Positions 29,156-43,578 of a DNA stretch of 64,000 bases are shown here, piece after piece; position 1 is the first letter of the stretch, and every line of letters begins with the position of its first letter. This DNA comes from Adineta vaga (lineage: Eukaryota; Animalia; Rotifera): contig CP075497.1 of assembly GCA_021613535.1 (NCBI GenBank), positions 8,494,001 through 8,558,000 on the forward strand, in the 5' to 3' direction. The notes beneath the pieces were generated by a model. That model was not told the DNA's origin and did no database searches. It was given only the letters and a program-made list of their open reading frames with translations. Position numbers and translations under genes: made by a program.

Positions 29156-31383
29156 TCAAAATACTGTCGTAGTTAAATGTGTTACTGTTTTTTCAGTAAT
29201 ATGAAATGTGACATATGTAGGTCGTTTCATCGTATTCAATGGTATTAAACTATGTCTTCGCTGTCCATTTGTTGATCGTCTACTATCACTTAATTTACTA
29301 TTTGTTGATATTGTATGTCCACTACTTGATGAACGTCGTCGATCGAAACAACATGCAAGAAATGGAACTTCTGCACATCGATTAGTACGACTAAATTCAA
29401 ATAATTTATAATAAATAGTTCGACTGATTGATTTGGCTGAATTACGAAATTTATTTCCAATAACACAATAAAAGATAAATGAGAAAGCATGGTACGAATT
29501 CTGTAATAACCGTAGATATTCATCGATACGATGAGAATATTCTATTGATATTGATTGAGAAAGAGTACATTCAACGATCGATTTAATTGTAAGAAAAATA
29601 TTCAATGGACCAGTCATGATTAAAAATAAAAGGTTAATTGTAATTAATAAGATTGATAAGTGATCTCGAGGAAAGAGAGCGACACGATTTAAATGACATA
29701 CTCCACCTAAAATAATAGTTGAACGACGTCTTTCTAAGACTTTGAAGATAATTATAAAACTACATAGTAAGCTGATTAAAAATGGAAGAATCGCATAAAT
29801 AATTATATCTGCAGTATTCCATAGAAGACAAATATTTCCTTTCGGAGGTATTATCGTTGAATTCCATGTCCAACTTGAATGATATTGTGGGTAAAGATGA
29901 TTAGAGATATGAATTGGATATCGAATTGCACGTCGAACTTGTTGTAAATCAGAATTTTGTAGTTCATTACAAGTTTGATTGTTTTTTAATAAGCCATAAT
30001 TAAAAAGTAATTGAGCATCAAAAATGAATAGAGGTATAACAACACAAATAATAAAGATAATCCAAGTATTTAACTACACAAATAAGAATAAAGAAGAAAA
30101 TTATAATTTCTATTACACCATATTGCAATTTTGAATGTTTGGATTTCCATGACATCATTTGCTTACTCAGTAGATAGGAATCTCTTATTAGAAAATCGAT
30201 TATATCTTTTATGGTTGCTGTTCAGCAAATTATTTTTGTTGAAAAAACAAAAGAAATATGTCGATGTCAATGACTATCATTAGTTCTTTTTGCTAAGCTA
30301 AGAAAACGCCCACTACAATCTATCTATTTAAAAAAGACTGTTTTCGAGACGAGGCTAATAATCTCTCTGCTAACTTGTTATATGTCTTTTTTTAATTATG
30401 GGTAAAGATCTCATGTAGATTTAGTTGCATTAAAGTCTTTAGCACGATAAAAGTTTCCTTTCTCAAAACCAAAGAGTGAGTGATATACAGTCTAGATTAT
30501 TTCTGTCACGACCTGTCACTGTATTAACACAATTTAGTCTATATCTTTGAATTCTTTATTTTATACTTCAATAACTTTGATTACACATACCCAAGATGTT
30601 GTTTGATGTGATTCTAAACTGAATAGAGCATGAACACGTTGAATACTTGTTGAAACAAGTTGCCATGAACAAAGATGACCAATAAAAGCAATAAAGAATG
30701 TATGCAAACGACAAAATTCATTGGAAATAATTCTTAAATCGTATCTATACATATTCTTATAACGAATTAAGACAGTTGCTAAGTATAATATATTTAAAAA
30801 ACAAAGAATACTGAAATTTCGATAAACATTTAAACGACGAAGTTTTGTTGAAAGAAGTATAAAGATTGATATTCCATTACCAAGAAGACCTATTAGAAAA
30901 AGTATTAATGTTAAAGAATGGTAAAGATTTGAAACAGGCGGTTGTGGAAATATAGACGAAGAATTGATACATTCAATAGTTTTTCGTATAAGATGATAAA
31001 CACAAAAATACGATGAATTTGAATAGGAAACAGCATGTTTTAGTAGATAGGTACATAATATAGGTTCACTGGAATTCAATGGACACCAACATGCTTGAAC
31101 ATATTCAGCTCGACATAAGATTAAATTGTCTCGTGTGATGATATATTCCTAGAAAATCAATTAGTAATTCAAGATCTTCTATAGATAATGTCAATCATGA
31201 TATGTAAAAAGAAAAGAATGATGAAGGAATCGAATTCTTCTATTATCTGTCACTTTCATATCATAAATATCAAAACAATGAATCGACTTCTACTCCTAAC
31301 TAAGAAATCTTTGTTAAAACTTCGAGTTTTAGTTATATAAATACTTGATCTGATTCAAAGGAATCTATTGTATCCAGTGCCAT
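29156..31383 (-). CDS. Divergent class A GPCR with Cys-rich N-terminal ectodomain
   Basis: Exons about 31383-31345 (MALDTIDSFESDQ), 31148-30591 and 30073-29156. TM1 GLLGN, TM3 CRLH..WQLVSTSIQRV, TM5 YAILPF, TM6 MTGP, TM7 SFIFYCVIGNKFR. First exon inferred from phase match. Confidence 0.8.
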
Positions 31384-32015
31384 TACTTCTTATAATGTTG
31401 ATTCTTCACTGTGAGAAAAGCTCAAATGAATATGCGTAAACGGTGCTCGTCATCTTATTTCTTTTCTTTTCTTCCGTTTTATCTTTACACAGTGATTAAT
31501 GGAATATTTCTCTGGAAAACGTCAGAAGACAACACAATTAATGGATAGATAGATAGAAGAAAATAACAATACTGTGAGCTTAAACATGTTCACATTTATT
31601 TTCTATTTTTATATTTTCTTAGAAGCATCTCGAAAATGATTCAGAAACAACGGATTAGACCATTTAATTTCAATAAAGTTTGCTGAAGGAAAAAATCTTA
31701 ATGAGATTTTTCATCTTCATCGTTCTTTTTTGTTAAAAGAAAGTTCATAGTATTCTTTCAATAGTTTATTACTGTATTTTAAAGATATATTTTTCGGTAC
31801 ATTCTTTGTCGATAAATGTTATTTGTTATATTCAATTCTCCAGAGAAATCAATATCTGTAGGTGGAGAATTTATGAAGGTAAATGTGTGATAGATATTTG
31901 TTTATTTCAAACGTTAAAATTCTGTCAGTCTAAATAATCAACATCACACACTGTTTGTCTTTTATTAACTTCTCAATCATCAATCAAATATAAAAAAATC
32001 ACGTTTAGACTAAAT

Positions 32016-33110
32016 TTACTTGACATGTTCGAATTCTTTCTTATGATATTTGAAATGATCTTCGAGAAATGTCATAATAAAATAATAACTATGATCATAA
32101 CCTTCTTGGTCACGGCATTCAATTGGAAATGATACGTTCTTTGCAGCTTCAACTAATCGTTCCGGAAATAGATATTTATCTCGAAAACTATCTTCCGATC
32201 CTTGATCAATTAGAACAGGTTTATGTGGTTTTCCACCATGATATGAAGCAACAAGTTCAGTAGCATCATATTGTTTCCAAAGAAGTTCATCTTGACCGAA
32301 AAATTTCGTAAAAGCTTTAATACCCCATTCGGTTTTCGAAGCATTCGTAATTGGAGCAAAAGCTGAAACAGATTTGTATTGACCAGGTCGCTTAAAATAA
32401 CTTATTAAAGCACCATGACCTCCCATACTATGTCTAAGAAAGAAAATCAATACTTTATTTGTATCTTTTAAACAATTTCTATTATTCTTCTTACCCAAAA
32501 ATTCCAATTCGATTTACATCAACATTGAAATTCTTAATAAGTAATCCATAAAATTCATCATTCACATATGAAAACATTCGATAATTTTTTGACCATGGAA
32601 GTTCCGTTGCATCAACATAATATCCAGCACCTTCACCAAAATCCCAACTATCACTGTCACCTTCAATTTTACAACCACCTAAAATAGTGACAAATGAATA
32701 TTCTATGAAAATATCATTTCAAACAATTATATCCTACGAGGACTCGTATCAGGATTAGCAACAATAAAACCATATTCAGATGCAAGACGTTGAACACCGG
32801 ATTTTGTAATAAAATTCTGATCCGTACAAGTTAAACCTATTTCAAGAATAAAAATTTCCTTTCGAATATCAATTATCTCCGAACAAACCAGAAAGAAAGA
32901 TTAATAAGGGTACTTTTTCTTTTTCCGCTTTTCGTGGAACATAAACACCGAATTTCATCTTACAATCCACCGTTGCACTAAAATAAAATTTCCGCTATTT
33001 CCATTTCATTTCCTTTACATTATTGTTTTCTACCTTTCATGATTATAAACATATTGATGGCCATCAAAAGCTTTAAAGCTTTGTTCTCGAGTCAATTCTG
33101 TTGATGACAT
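32016..33110 (-). CDS. ESD: S-formylglutathione hydrolase / esterase D
   Basis: [33 protein letters not shown], nucleophile [27 protein letters not shown]. Confidence 0.95.
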
Positions 33111-33497
33111 CTTCGAAGAGAAAACAAAACAAGACAATATAAAAGAATAGATAATAGTTTAGACCGAATATCGGTGAGATATGTTTAATTTTATTTTCTG
33201 TAACATGCAAAATACAATCATAAATAAAAAAAGAAAGAAAGAAAGAAAGATAATGAAACACAACGACCCTTCACCTGGTGTCAGATGTCTGTAGGGTTTT
33301 AATACACAAAAAAAAATCATTTATATATATACGTATTTATAATATGCGGAAAAGATTACGATTGAGTGATGTTAAACAACAAGTGGTGATGAAACAGTTA
33401 ACTCGAAAAGAAAAACATAGAAGAGTGACAACAGAAGTAAATTATATTATGACTAGAGAAGAAATGAATGAAGAAAAGAATTTATAGATATAGGATA

Positions 33498-36400
33498 TTA
33501 AAGTTCTAAGGGAGAAAATAATCGACGGCACATAACAGCAGCTAATGATGGACATTTATCGAAGTCATAGATCAATTGACGTTGTTTATCATTTAATTTT
33601 TGAAATACATTTGTATATTCACGATCAAAAGCATCTAGAAAATGAGTAAATTTGTTTTTTTCTTTATGAATAAGAAGAATTGTTTTGATTTCACTTACCA
33701 TACGAAAGTTTTTCGCGTCCTAATGCAACGATAGCTAAGAAGAGAAGTTCACGATACATCGAACGTCGATGCACACGTCGCCGTATTAATTTAGCTGATT
33801 CTCTTATAAATAATTGAACTGGATGAGTTAGATCACTTTTTTCAATACAATCCACAATCGATCGTATCACTCTATGAAAAATAAATATATGAATATCTCC
33901 TGTCTTTACAAAAAAAAAGAAGAAAGTCGGTGTAAAAATCAAGTTCGGTCATTATCATATGTGTCTATTAGATTATTTACCGATGTAAATCATCATCAAA
34001 CAAATCGCTAATATATAAAGAAGTTAGTTTAAAAACAAAATAAAATAGCACATCTTTTATTTTTATCAATCAATCTTACTTTCCAGTAATGGTACTATGT
34101 TCATCTGTTATTAATGCATTTGCTACCGGTGTATGAATTCCTTCTAAAAATCAAATATTAATATACAAATCGAAAAATATCGTTCTTTTTCTCACCGTAA
34201 CCATCATGTTCCCATGTTTTATACATTGGTTCGGATATATCATGGTGACTCAGAATACTATCCCACATACAACGAATACGTATGGAAAATTTTTCATCAT
34301 GAAATTCTTGTCCCAAAATACATTTATTCTGTTTTAAATTAGTCTTCATTTCACTTTCATTGGAATATAATAATGATCGTAGAAGCATTTGAAATAGATG
34401 ACTGGATACATGAATACGACGGAAAAACCAAATCTATGAAAATGAAAAAATTCTTTCTTATAATACATATTTCATCGTTTCGAAATAATAATGATTACCA
34501 AATTCCAGAATAGGATGGGATGTTTATCTTTGAAATCAATTTTGAAAAGATCATTATTTTCAGGATCTGGTGCTTCAATAATATTCTCCAATTCTTTACG
34601 AAGTACAAGTGGACTTAAGTAATGTACAGTTATCGGCTGGGAAGATAGTTGAAGACGACTAAAGATCAAGGAATATCCATTAGACATAATAAGGTATCCT
34701 CTCTTCGTAAATAAAGAAATCTTACAGTGATTGTTTCGTTTTCTCAATCATTGATTGTTGTGTGAAATTATTTGTTGTTGCTGACATTGTCGATTCATCT
34801 TTTCTACAATAAAAAATGAGCCAATAAATAACATCCATTCTTGATAGTTGTTTGTAATACTTACGTTGAATCCATATTTATCGATGTATTCTCCTAAAAC
34901 AATCAACACAAAAATTACCTTTTAGTTTCCATTCATCAATCATTTTTTTATCTTACTCGAATACAAATTGTTAGATTTGGTATTGTTTTTTCTTTACAAT
35001 GTATACATATGGTATGCATTTCAGAATCATCTGGTGACCATCCATTCATAATTTCTTCATCATATAAAAATCGTGTACATGATGAACATCGATTACAACT
35101 ACTAATATCAATAATTCGTACAGGAGATCTTGAATTATCATCAGATGAATTCACTGGTATAGCAACACTTGAAGGATCAAGACGTAAAGCTTTAATATCA
35201 TCATGTATATTATTGATATCAATACCATTGATATTATTTGTATTTAATGATGAACTATTTGAACTCTGTTGGGATACTAATGATGACACACTTCCACGTA
35301 ATCGATTATTATTATCCTTTGTTAAACTTCGTTCTTTAAGTAATGATGAATTTCTAACTGCATAAAGACTTTTTGATTGTGTTAAAGGTGTAGCAGTCGA
35401 CTTTACTGTCGTTGTCAAATCATTGAAACGATCCATTGCATATGATTTAAATGTATGAAATTTTTTTGGACTATATAATGCTGAAATACCACTTTGATGA
35501 ATTTTTGCACGTAATTGTGTTATAGATGTGGGAAGATATAATAAAGTGGAAACTTCATCTTCTTTTACGACTGTAATTTGCGTTGTTTTGACTTCCGATG
35601 ATGTTGAAGTTGAATTTGCGAATGGTTTATTTATCATTGAAGCTGTTCGATTAAGAACTAATGGCGGTGTTGGTCTGCTACTACAGCAGCTGGATTTAGT
35701 AAACCTAATGGATCATTGGATAAAACTTGTGTTCGAGATGTTAATTCCCATTTGATGGGAATGCTTGAATCTTCTTGATTGTCAAGACATGAAAATGAAC
35801 GACGAGGTGGTTGAGATTGATTTTGTGTTTGAGCCGATCGTGATGCAATCGGTAAACGATATGATAACATCCCGATATCACCTACTTCTGTATCACTTGC
35901 TGTCATTAATATTCCTACTTCGCATCGAGCTAGATAATGGAAAAAAAACCATTTTGTAAGAGATATTTCAAATGAAAAGAAAAGAATCAAATACCTGTTT
36001 GATAAGCAATCGACTGAAGTGTAGTAAAATCAAGTTTGGCTGGCATATCAAGTATATTTGATAATGAACGTTTCTCAGCTGTTTCAATAACGTTAGTATT
36101 ATTGTTATTATTATTATTATTATTTGTATTGATGATACGACCTAGTGTATAATCTGCATAACCATCAACTAGTAAAAATAAAAAAGAGAAATAAGATAAA
36201 AATGTAAAAGTGAAATTCTTCTTTTGTACTTGATGGAATTTTTTTGAAAGCCATTTTTGGAAAATAGGGACTTTCTGTAAAATCTTTCAATGTACCAGCT
36301 AATGTTGTTAATACACTTGTTAATGTATCATCTTGATTAGTAGCATATCCACGATTATCTACACAAACAAAATCATATGTATAGAAATATTTTTAAGAAA

Positions 36401-39400
36401 AAAAAACAATGTTAATAAAGCAAACCTTTTAAATTATCGATTGAACCGAGTGTTCTATTCTGTTGAGCAGACGAAGTTGGTATTGGACCATTGGAATCCA
36501 TGCTCATTGCACCATCACTATCATCGTCTTCCAGAGATGATACAGATGAACGACGAGCATTTTGTTTCTGTCGATAACGATGTGCAGTTTTAAATGCCCA
36601 AACAGCTCGTATAACAGAACGTAATGTTGCCCAACGATCACGTCGTTCCCATTTTCCTTCATAAACAGCCTATTCAATCACAAAAATTGGCCATTGATGA
36701 TTATTTAAGTTAAGAGTAATGAACTCACTTTATTGTAAGCACCATACGTGACAGCATTACATCCAACACCTGTTCTTTTCATGAATGAATAAGTTTTAAC
36801 AGCAAGAATTGGATAATTATAAAGGCCACATAATTGAATGATAACACGATAACAAATCTATAGAAGAATTAGATGAAATTTTGTGAAAGATAGAAAAAGA
36901 TTTCGTCTACTTCATCAGGATTTTTTAAATGTTGTCGATCCATCTGAACAAGAATTTTATAAGCATAATTTAAGATATCTCGAGGATTAGAATAGCATTC
37001 GATCATGATTGGTAAATGCATAAACCAGAGAGAATAAACATTTGATAATAAACAATAAGCCCATTGAGTAGGTTTAGTTTTATCTTCGCGAGCAATCTTT
37101 CAGAAGTAGAAAAGAATATTCAGTTAACAATATTTCACTATGATAATATGTATGTGAATAATTACCTTTTGACATTTATCTCTTTCAAATTTGGATCTCT
37201 TTACCATCGGACTATTGGGTACATGTTTAACCGATGATACCTGTGAATATTCTTGAGGTATATTTAAATTGTTTATTTGTTGAGAATGTATTCGATTTCC
37301 ATTATTAATCATTTTCTTTTCTTCATTATTTGAATTATTATGTCCATTAGTTGCTGAATGATTCATATCAACAAAATCGGGTAATATTAATATTGTTTTT
37401 TCACTCAGATAATTCAGTGTTGTATCATGCGTATCAAGTAATGAAACTGTCTTTTGTTTATTATTTTTAATACTGGCTTGCACACGTGCACAGCAATCGT
37501 CGAAGAAGACGAGACTATAATTGTGATGGATATTTTCATTCATTCCTGTCATTTGATTCAATGTACTTGATGATAAAAATGAACGTTCTTCAATAAAACG
37601 AGTAGCCATTTGAGTACGTAATAGAATGGAAAAAAATTCCGAACTTGATGAACCACGTGAATGTAAAAAGTTGGCTGATTCGCGTGAACTTAAGAACAGA
37701 TCAAAATCAAATAGATGCGATGCATCAGTTGATGTTAGATTAGGTCGACGAACAATGGGACATAAATATTCTTGATATCCAGAGAAACATGTACACATAA
37801 AACGAAGAAATGCATCGCGTATACGCGTTTCCATACTACGTTCAAGTTGAACAATTTGCATACGTAATTCAAAATCATTTCGATTACGTTTCAAACGTGT
37901 ACGAAGATCATATAAACGTTGGTTAAATGTATTTGAAACATAAGATTCAATTTCTTCCAATGTTTGTTTAAGAATTTTAAACTAAAATAATATCAAATCA
38001 ATATAAACAAAATGAACGAATGAAAAAAAAACATACGGGTTTATCTGGAAACATCTTTACTGTCCGATGCTTTTGTTCTTTCGATCTAAATGAGAAAGGT
38101 TAGTTTTGTGGAATAAGAACACAAACTACTAGATCTTACCCTCCAATAATGATATTTGTATCAAGATCAACACATATAACATCTGAAGGTGGTTCACATA
38201 AATCAAAATAACGTGAATCAATACCTAAATCAAACCCAAAATAAATTTATTCAACAAGTACTAAATTATTTGAATTTTCTTACCAATAATAAACGGACAT
38301 GGTGCACTCAATACATCACTCAAAGCTAATGGACATAATGGTACATATGGACATTGCCATTGAAATGGAAAAAGCATCTACAAAATCGACATATTAAAAT
38401 ATGTTCTCTTTCAAATTAAATCAACTATCAATATGCTTACACTATTGACTGCTTCGACAACGCCGGTCAATACTGTTGATCTTAATGAATGGATAAGTAA
38501 TTTCGATTCTAATAAAGCGTATAAAAATAAGGTTAATGAATTATCCGTTCCTAAATTTCTTAATAGATCAATAAATGATGCACCATTTTGTGGTAGACCA
38601 TTATCTTCAGATAGAACAATTAATATTGGCTCATCATATTGTACAAATATTCTCGGTTTTGATGGAGATGGAAATGGTATATTAAAGAAGAAATGTTTTA
38701 GATACTTTTCAATTAATGGTATACTATCAATTAATTGATTATGAGTTGATGTTGTCTTGTTTGATGAAACAATTAATTGATAGATAATAAATAAAAATCG
38801 TCGAAATGTATCAAAAAATGGAAATCGAGAAAATAGTACGATACATGTCGATGCATATAAATGATCATTTTCAATTTCTAAACGATTCGTTAAATCATTA
38901 TTTTTTAATAATAAACGATCGTATGCAGAAAATGATTCATAGAATGTTATACAAGCTCCATATTGTTTCGGATTTGATAAAAGAAAATTTGAATAAGTTG
39001 GCGCAATACTTTGTAAAGTTACTTTTGCTGGCCATCGTTCAATAAATGCACCCATAGGAAAACAGAAAAGCGGAGTTCGATCAGGAAATTTTCGATGTGA
39101 ATTATTCTCTGCTAATGGAAATGTATATAAAACACGTGGACTATATTGAATACGTGTTGGATAAATAACAGATTTTTTATAACATAGAAAGACATTTGAA
39201 CCGATAATCGAACGATTTAAATTTTTGTGTATTTTATTAAACGAATGTGGAGGAGTTTCACCCTACAAATACAATTATATAGTTAAAGGAAAAAATGTTC
39301 ATAAATTCATACTTTGCTTTCAATAATTACACAAATATCAGTAACAGCCAATGAATTACATAGAATCATTGTAGCTGCTCGTCGATATGTAATTAATGTA

Positions 39401-39852
39401 CGTTCTTTACTAAATGGTGAAACAAATACATTTGCTGAATAGCCATGAGGTGTTGTTTCAATAATTGAAACATTTTCCATAACTTTCTCTTTTCCTTCCA
39501 ATAGAATTCCAATATCAGTTATGGGTGCTTTATCACGTCCACGACGAATACATAAATACATTTCATGACCACGTAGAGTACTATGATTAAGATTTGCAGA
39601 AAAATCATTCGGAGTAGTCCATATAGCTTCGTAACCAGCTGGTGGATCTTCTCCATGCATTCGATCAATAATGGCTAAATCAACAATAGGTTGCTGATGT
39701 TGTGGTGTTACATCGTATGATTTTGATGAACTAGGTAACGGTGTATCGGATGTTGGTGTTGATGCTGTTGGAAGTAATTCATCACGTTCGATTGGTCCAG
39801 TACTTCCAACACCAATCAATGCAAAGTGATCAACTAATCGTTTTTCATCCAT
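33498..39852 (-). CDS. DENND4: DENN domain-containing protein 4 / Crag (MABP-uDENN-DENN-dDENN-PPR), Rab10 GEF family
   Basis: N-terminal MABP ([15 protein letters not shown]), [38 protein letters not shown]-like [24 protein letters not shown]-terminal [31 protein letters not shown]. Ambiguous junction near 35658-35704. Confidence 0.92.
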
Positions 39853-40424
39853 TCATTCTGATTCTAAAATAATCAATGGTTTATCTTTTTTTTTGTTTCT
39901 TTGTTATGCTTACTTTCATTCAATATCATCGAATGAAAGAAAAAAGTGAAGGTGAAAATCAATCTTGAAATAAAATAAGGGGAGAAAAAAATAGACGACC
40001 AAGACGAAGAAGAAAATGAAAGAGATAAAAAAAAGTGTAGGATCGAGTAACAGCACATAGTTCGTGAGTGTGCTTTTGTAATGCACGGGAAAAGAGAGGA
40101 AAGAAATTTCGATTTCGTTATATTTCTTATTTTTCAATATATATATATATATATATGATGTAATATTCAATCGATCACAAGACAGAATGAGAGTGGGAGA
40201 GAAAGAAAGGGACTGAGACAAAATGAAGAGGAAAAAACCACTGGATAATGAAAATGCTTTTCTGCTATTGTCAATTGCATTGTTTTATTTCGTACAATCA
40301 TTTTACATTTTTCTAAAAAGAAACAGTAAGAAAAATAGATTACTTTGAGAAATCAAGTGGTTTTATACCTTCTTGTATTAGTATAAATTTTATGTACAGA
40401 AGAGACTAAAATATCATTATGATT

Positions 40425-41605
<1,181 letters not shown>

Positions 41606-41986
41606 GATTTCAATCTATAAATTACAAAAATAATTCTTTTCTATAATTCTCTTAAAAATGACGTAGTTTATAAGATGATCATCTGAAATAACAAATAAAC
41701 TATCTATGTATTTTTTATCAATGCCAATAGACATGTTTAGAACTTGAAGTCTTATTATTTGTCAGAAAAAAAAACAAATGATCATTCCAAGAAAAATTTT
41801 TTAAAAAAACAATGAAAAAACATCATGAATTTGTTTTCATTCAAAGAAAAAAAGAACACTGTCGTATATAGAGATTCATTTACAAAGTAAATAAAAACAA
41901 AGAACACACATGATATTTCCTATCACAGTACGAACAACAATAGTATATACAAAATGTCATTTCTTCTTTTATTGCCAAGATCTTTC

Positions 41987-42273
41987 TTAATGTTGAATGG
42001 ACATGGTTTTCAATCGTGGTGTAATATTGTCCACTTCTGAAGAGGAATTTGTAGCACTAACTAAATTAAGATGAAATATAATGACGTGTTGAATTTTTCA
42101 AAATATGCAAAAAAAAAAGGAAATTTACCTTGTGTAAGTTGTTCATTGAGATCACCCATTGCATTTCGTCGACCAGTCCTTCTTGCTGCTTGAAACATTT
42201 TCACATCATCATCCTCTGATATTGTGTTTGACGATTCAGTTGTGTTACTGTCATTCTTGGGTGTTGTACTCAT
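41987..42273 (-). CDS. cAMP-dependent protein kinase inhibitor (PKI family), 72 aa, 2 coding exons
   Basis: FQAARRTGRRNAMGD matches the PKI pseudosubstrate FIASGRTGRRNAIHD; C-terminal ITPRLKTMSI resembles the PKI nuclear export signal. Confidence 0.85.
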
Positions 42274-43386
42274 ATTAATGAATAGAATAATTATTGCAAA
42301 CAAAATCTTTTATTAAGGAATGTACTAGGTAAAAGTAGTAGAATGAGACTAAAATGGAATGTTTAAATATTAATTAATCAGATGATCGTCATTGTACATT
42401 TAAACAGTCATCATTCAAGAAGGAAATAAACAAGACGACGAAGTACAAGGGAGCGGGGAACGGGGGTAGAAGAGGTTAACGCGTGAGAAAATCACCTTGA
42501 TTGGTTGGAAATCTATCAAGTCGTATAAAGTTCTAATCCAAATAGATGTCACTAGCTATCAAATTATATGTATATAGAATTCTGTCTATCTCATAATTAT
42601 TAATGGCAAGACAAAGCTATAAATTAATTCGTAGCATGACAGTAGATTGTCTCAAATTTGCTATGCTATAATTATAGTTTTATTTACTTGAACCTCGAAC
42701 TGCTCGTTTATATATAAAATCTTCCAAGTTATTTGTTAATAGTTCTTTCGATAGATATAAGTACATCGTGTTCAACAGATGTATTTTTTTAATTCTTTTA
42801 CTAAAATAAAATAAAAATATGAAGTACAAAATACTTAAATGCACTATAAACTCAACTTCTTTCATCTTAGTTCAATTTACAGTAATAGAGTCGACTATGA
42901 ATGCATGATTTATTATAATCAGATATATGGAATAATCAAAAGAAATGAAAATAAGTGAGGCGCATTCAGACAGATAAAACGTCAAAAAAATGAAATAATC
43001 AAATAGAGATTAATAGAGAAAAATGATATACACCGGATGTTTATATATGGAAAAAGTTGATTGTTCTCAAAATAAACTTTTTAGAAAAAATACGTCATAT
43101 GAGAAAAGAAAAGTGTAAAAGCAAATGTTAAAAGAATGATTACACATATGCTATTATCAAAAGATTCATTGATGAGATAGAAAACAAAAAAAAAACTTTT
43201 TCTTATGGGATTTCATTCAAGATTAACAGTTACTAAAAATGTCAATGAAATTATCGAATAAGCATCGCTACTTCTCTAGACTATCTTAATTAAAACCTCG
43301 TCAAACCTTGAGAAACTATTTTCATTGTTCTATAAAAATTAGTATCTATACATGATGACAACCTCGATCCTCTCGACGGCAAACTC

Positions 43387-43394
43387 TGACGTCA
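43387..43394. promoter_or_regulatory. Perfect palindromic CRE (TGACGTCA) upstream of the PKI coding region
   Basis: Exact 8-mer seen about 1.1 kb 5' of the PKI ATG. Function is inferred. Confidence 0.45.
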
Positions 43395-43548
43395 AACAGA
43401 AATAAAATTAGGATCCGAATGTTATTCTACTACATTTCTTACTCACAAATTGATGCTGATTCTACAATACTTGTCTTATTGTGCAAATGAAATTATTTGC
43501 AAGAGCTGAAGTAGCTACTTGTTTTATGACATCTATTTCTCCCTCGTG

Positions 43549-43578
43549 CTCTTTCTCTCTCTCTCTCTCTTTCTCTCT
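43549..43578. repeat. (CT/GA)n microsatellite in the PKI-MSL1-like divergent intergenic region
   Basis: ctctttctctctctctctctctttctctct. Confidence 0.8.

Noticed and set aside
32016-33110. Esterase D as a possible horizontally acquired gene
   Set aside because: ESD is universal in animals and this copy has several spliceosomal introns; nothing suggests a foreign origin.
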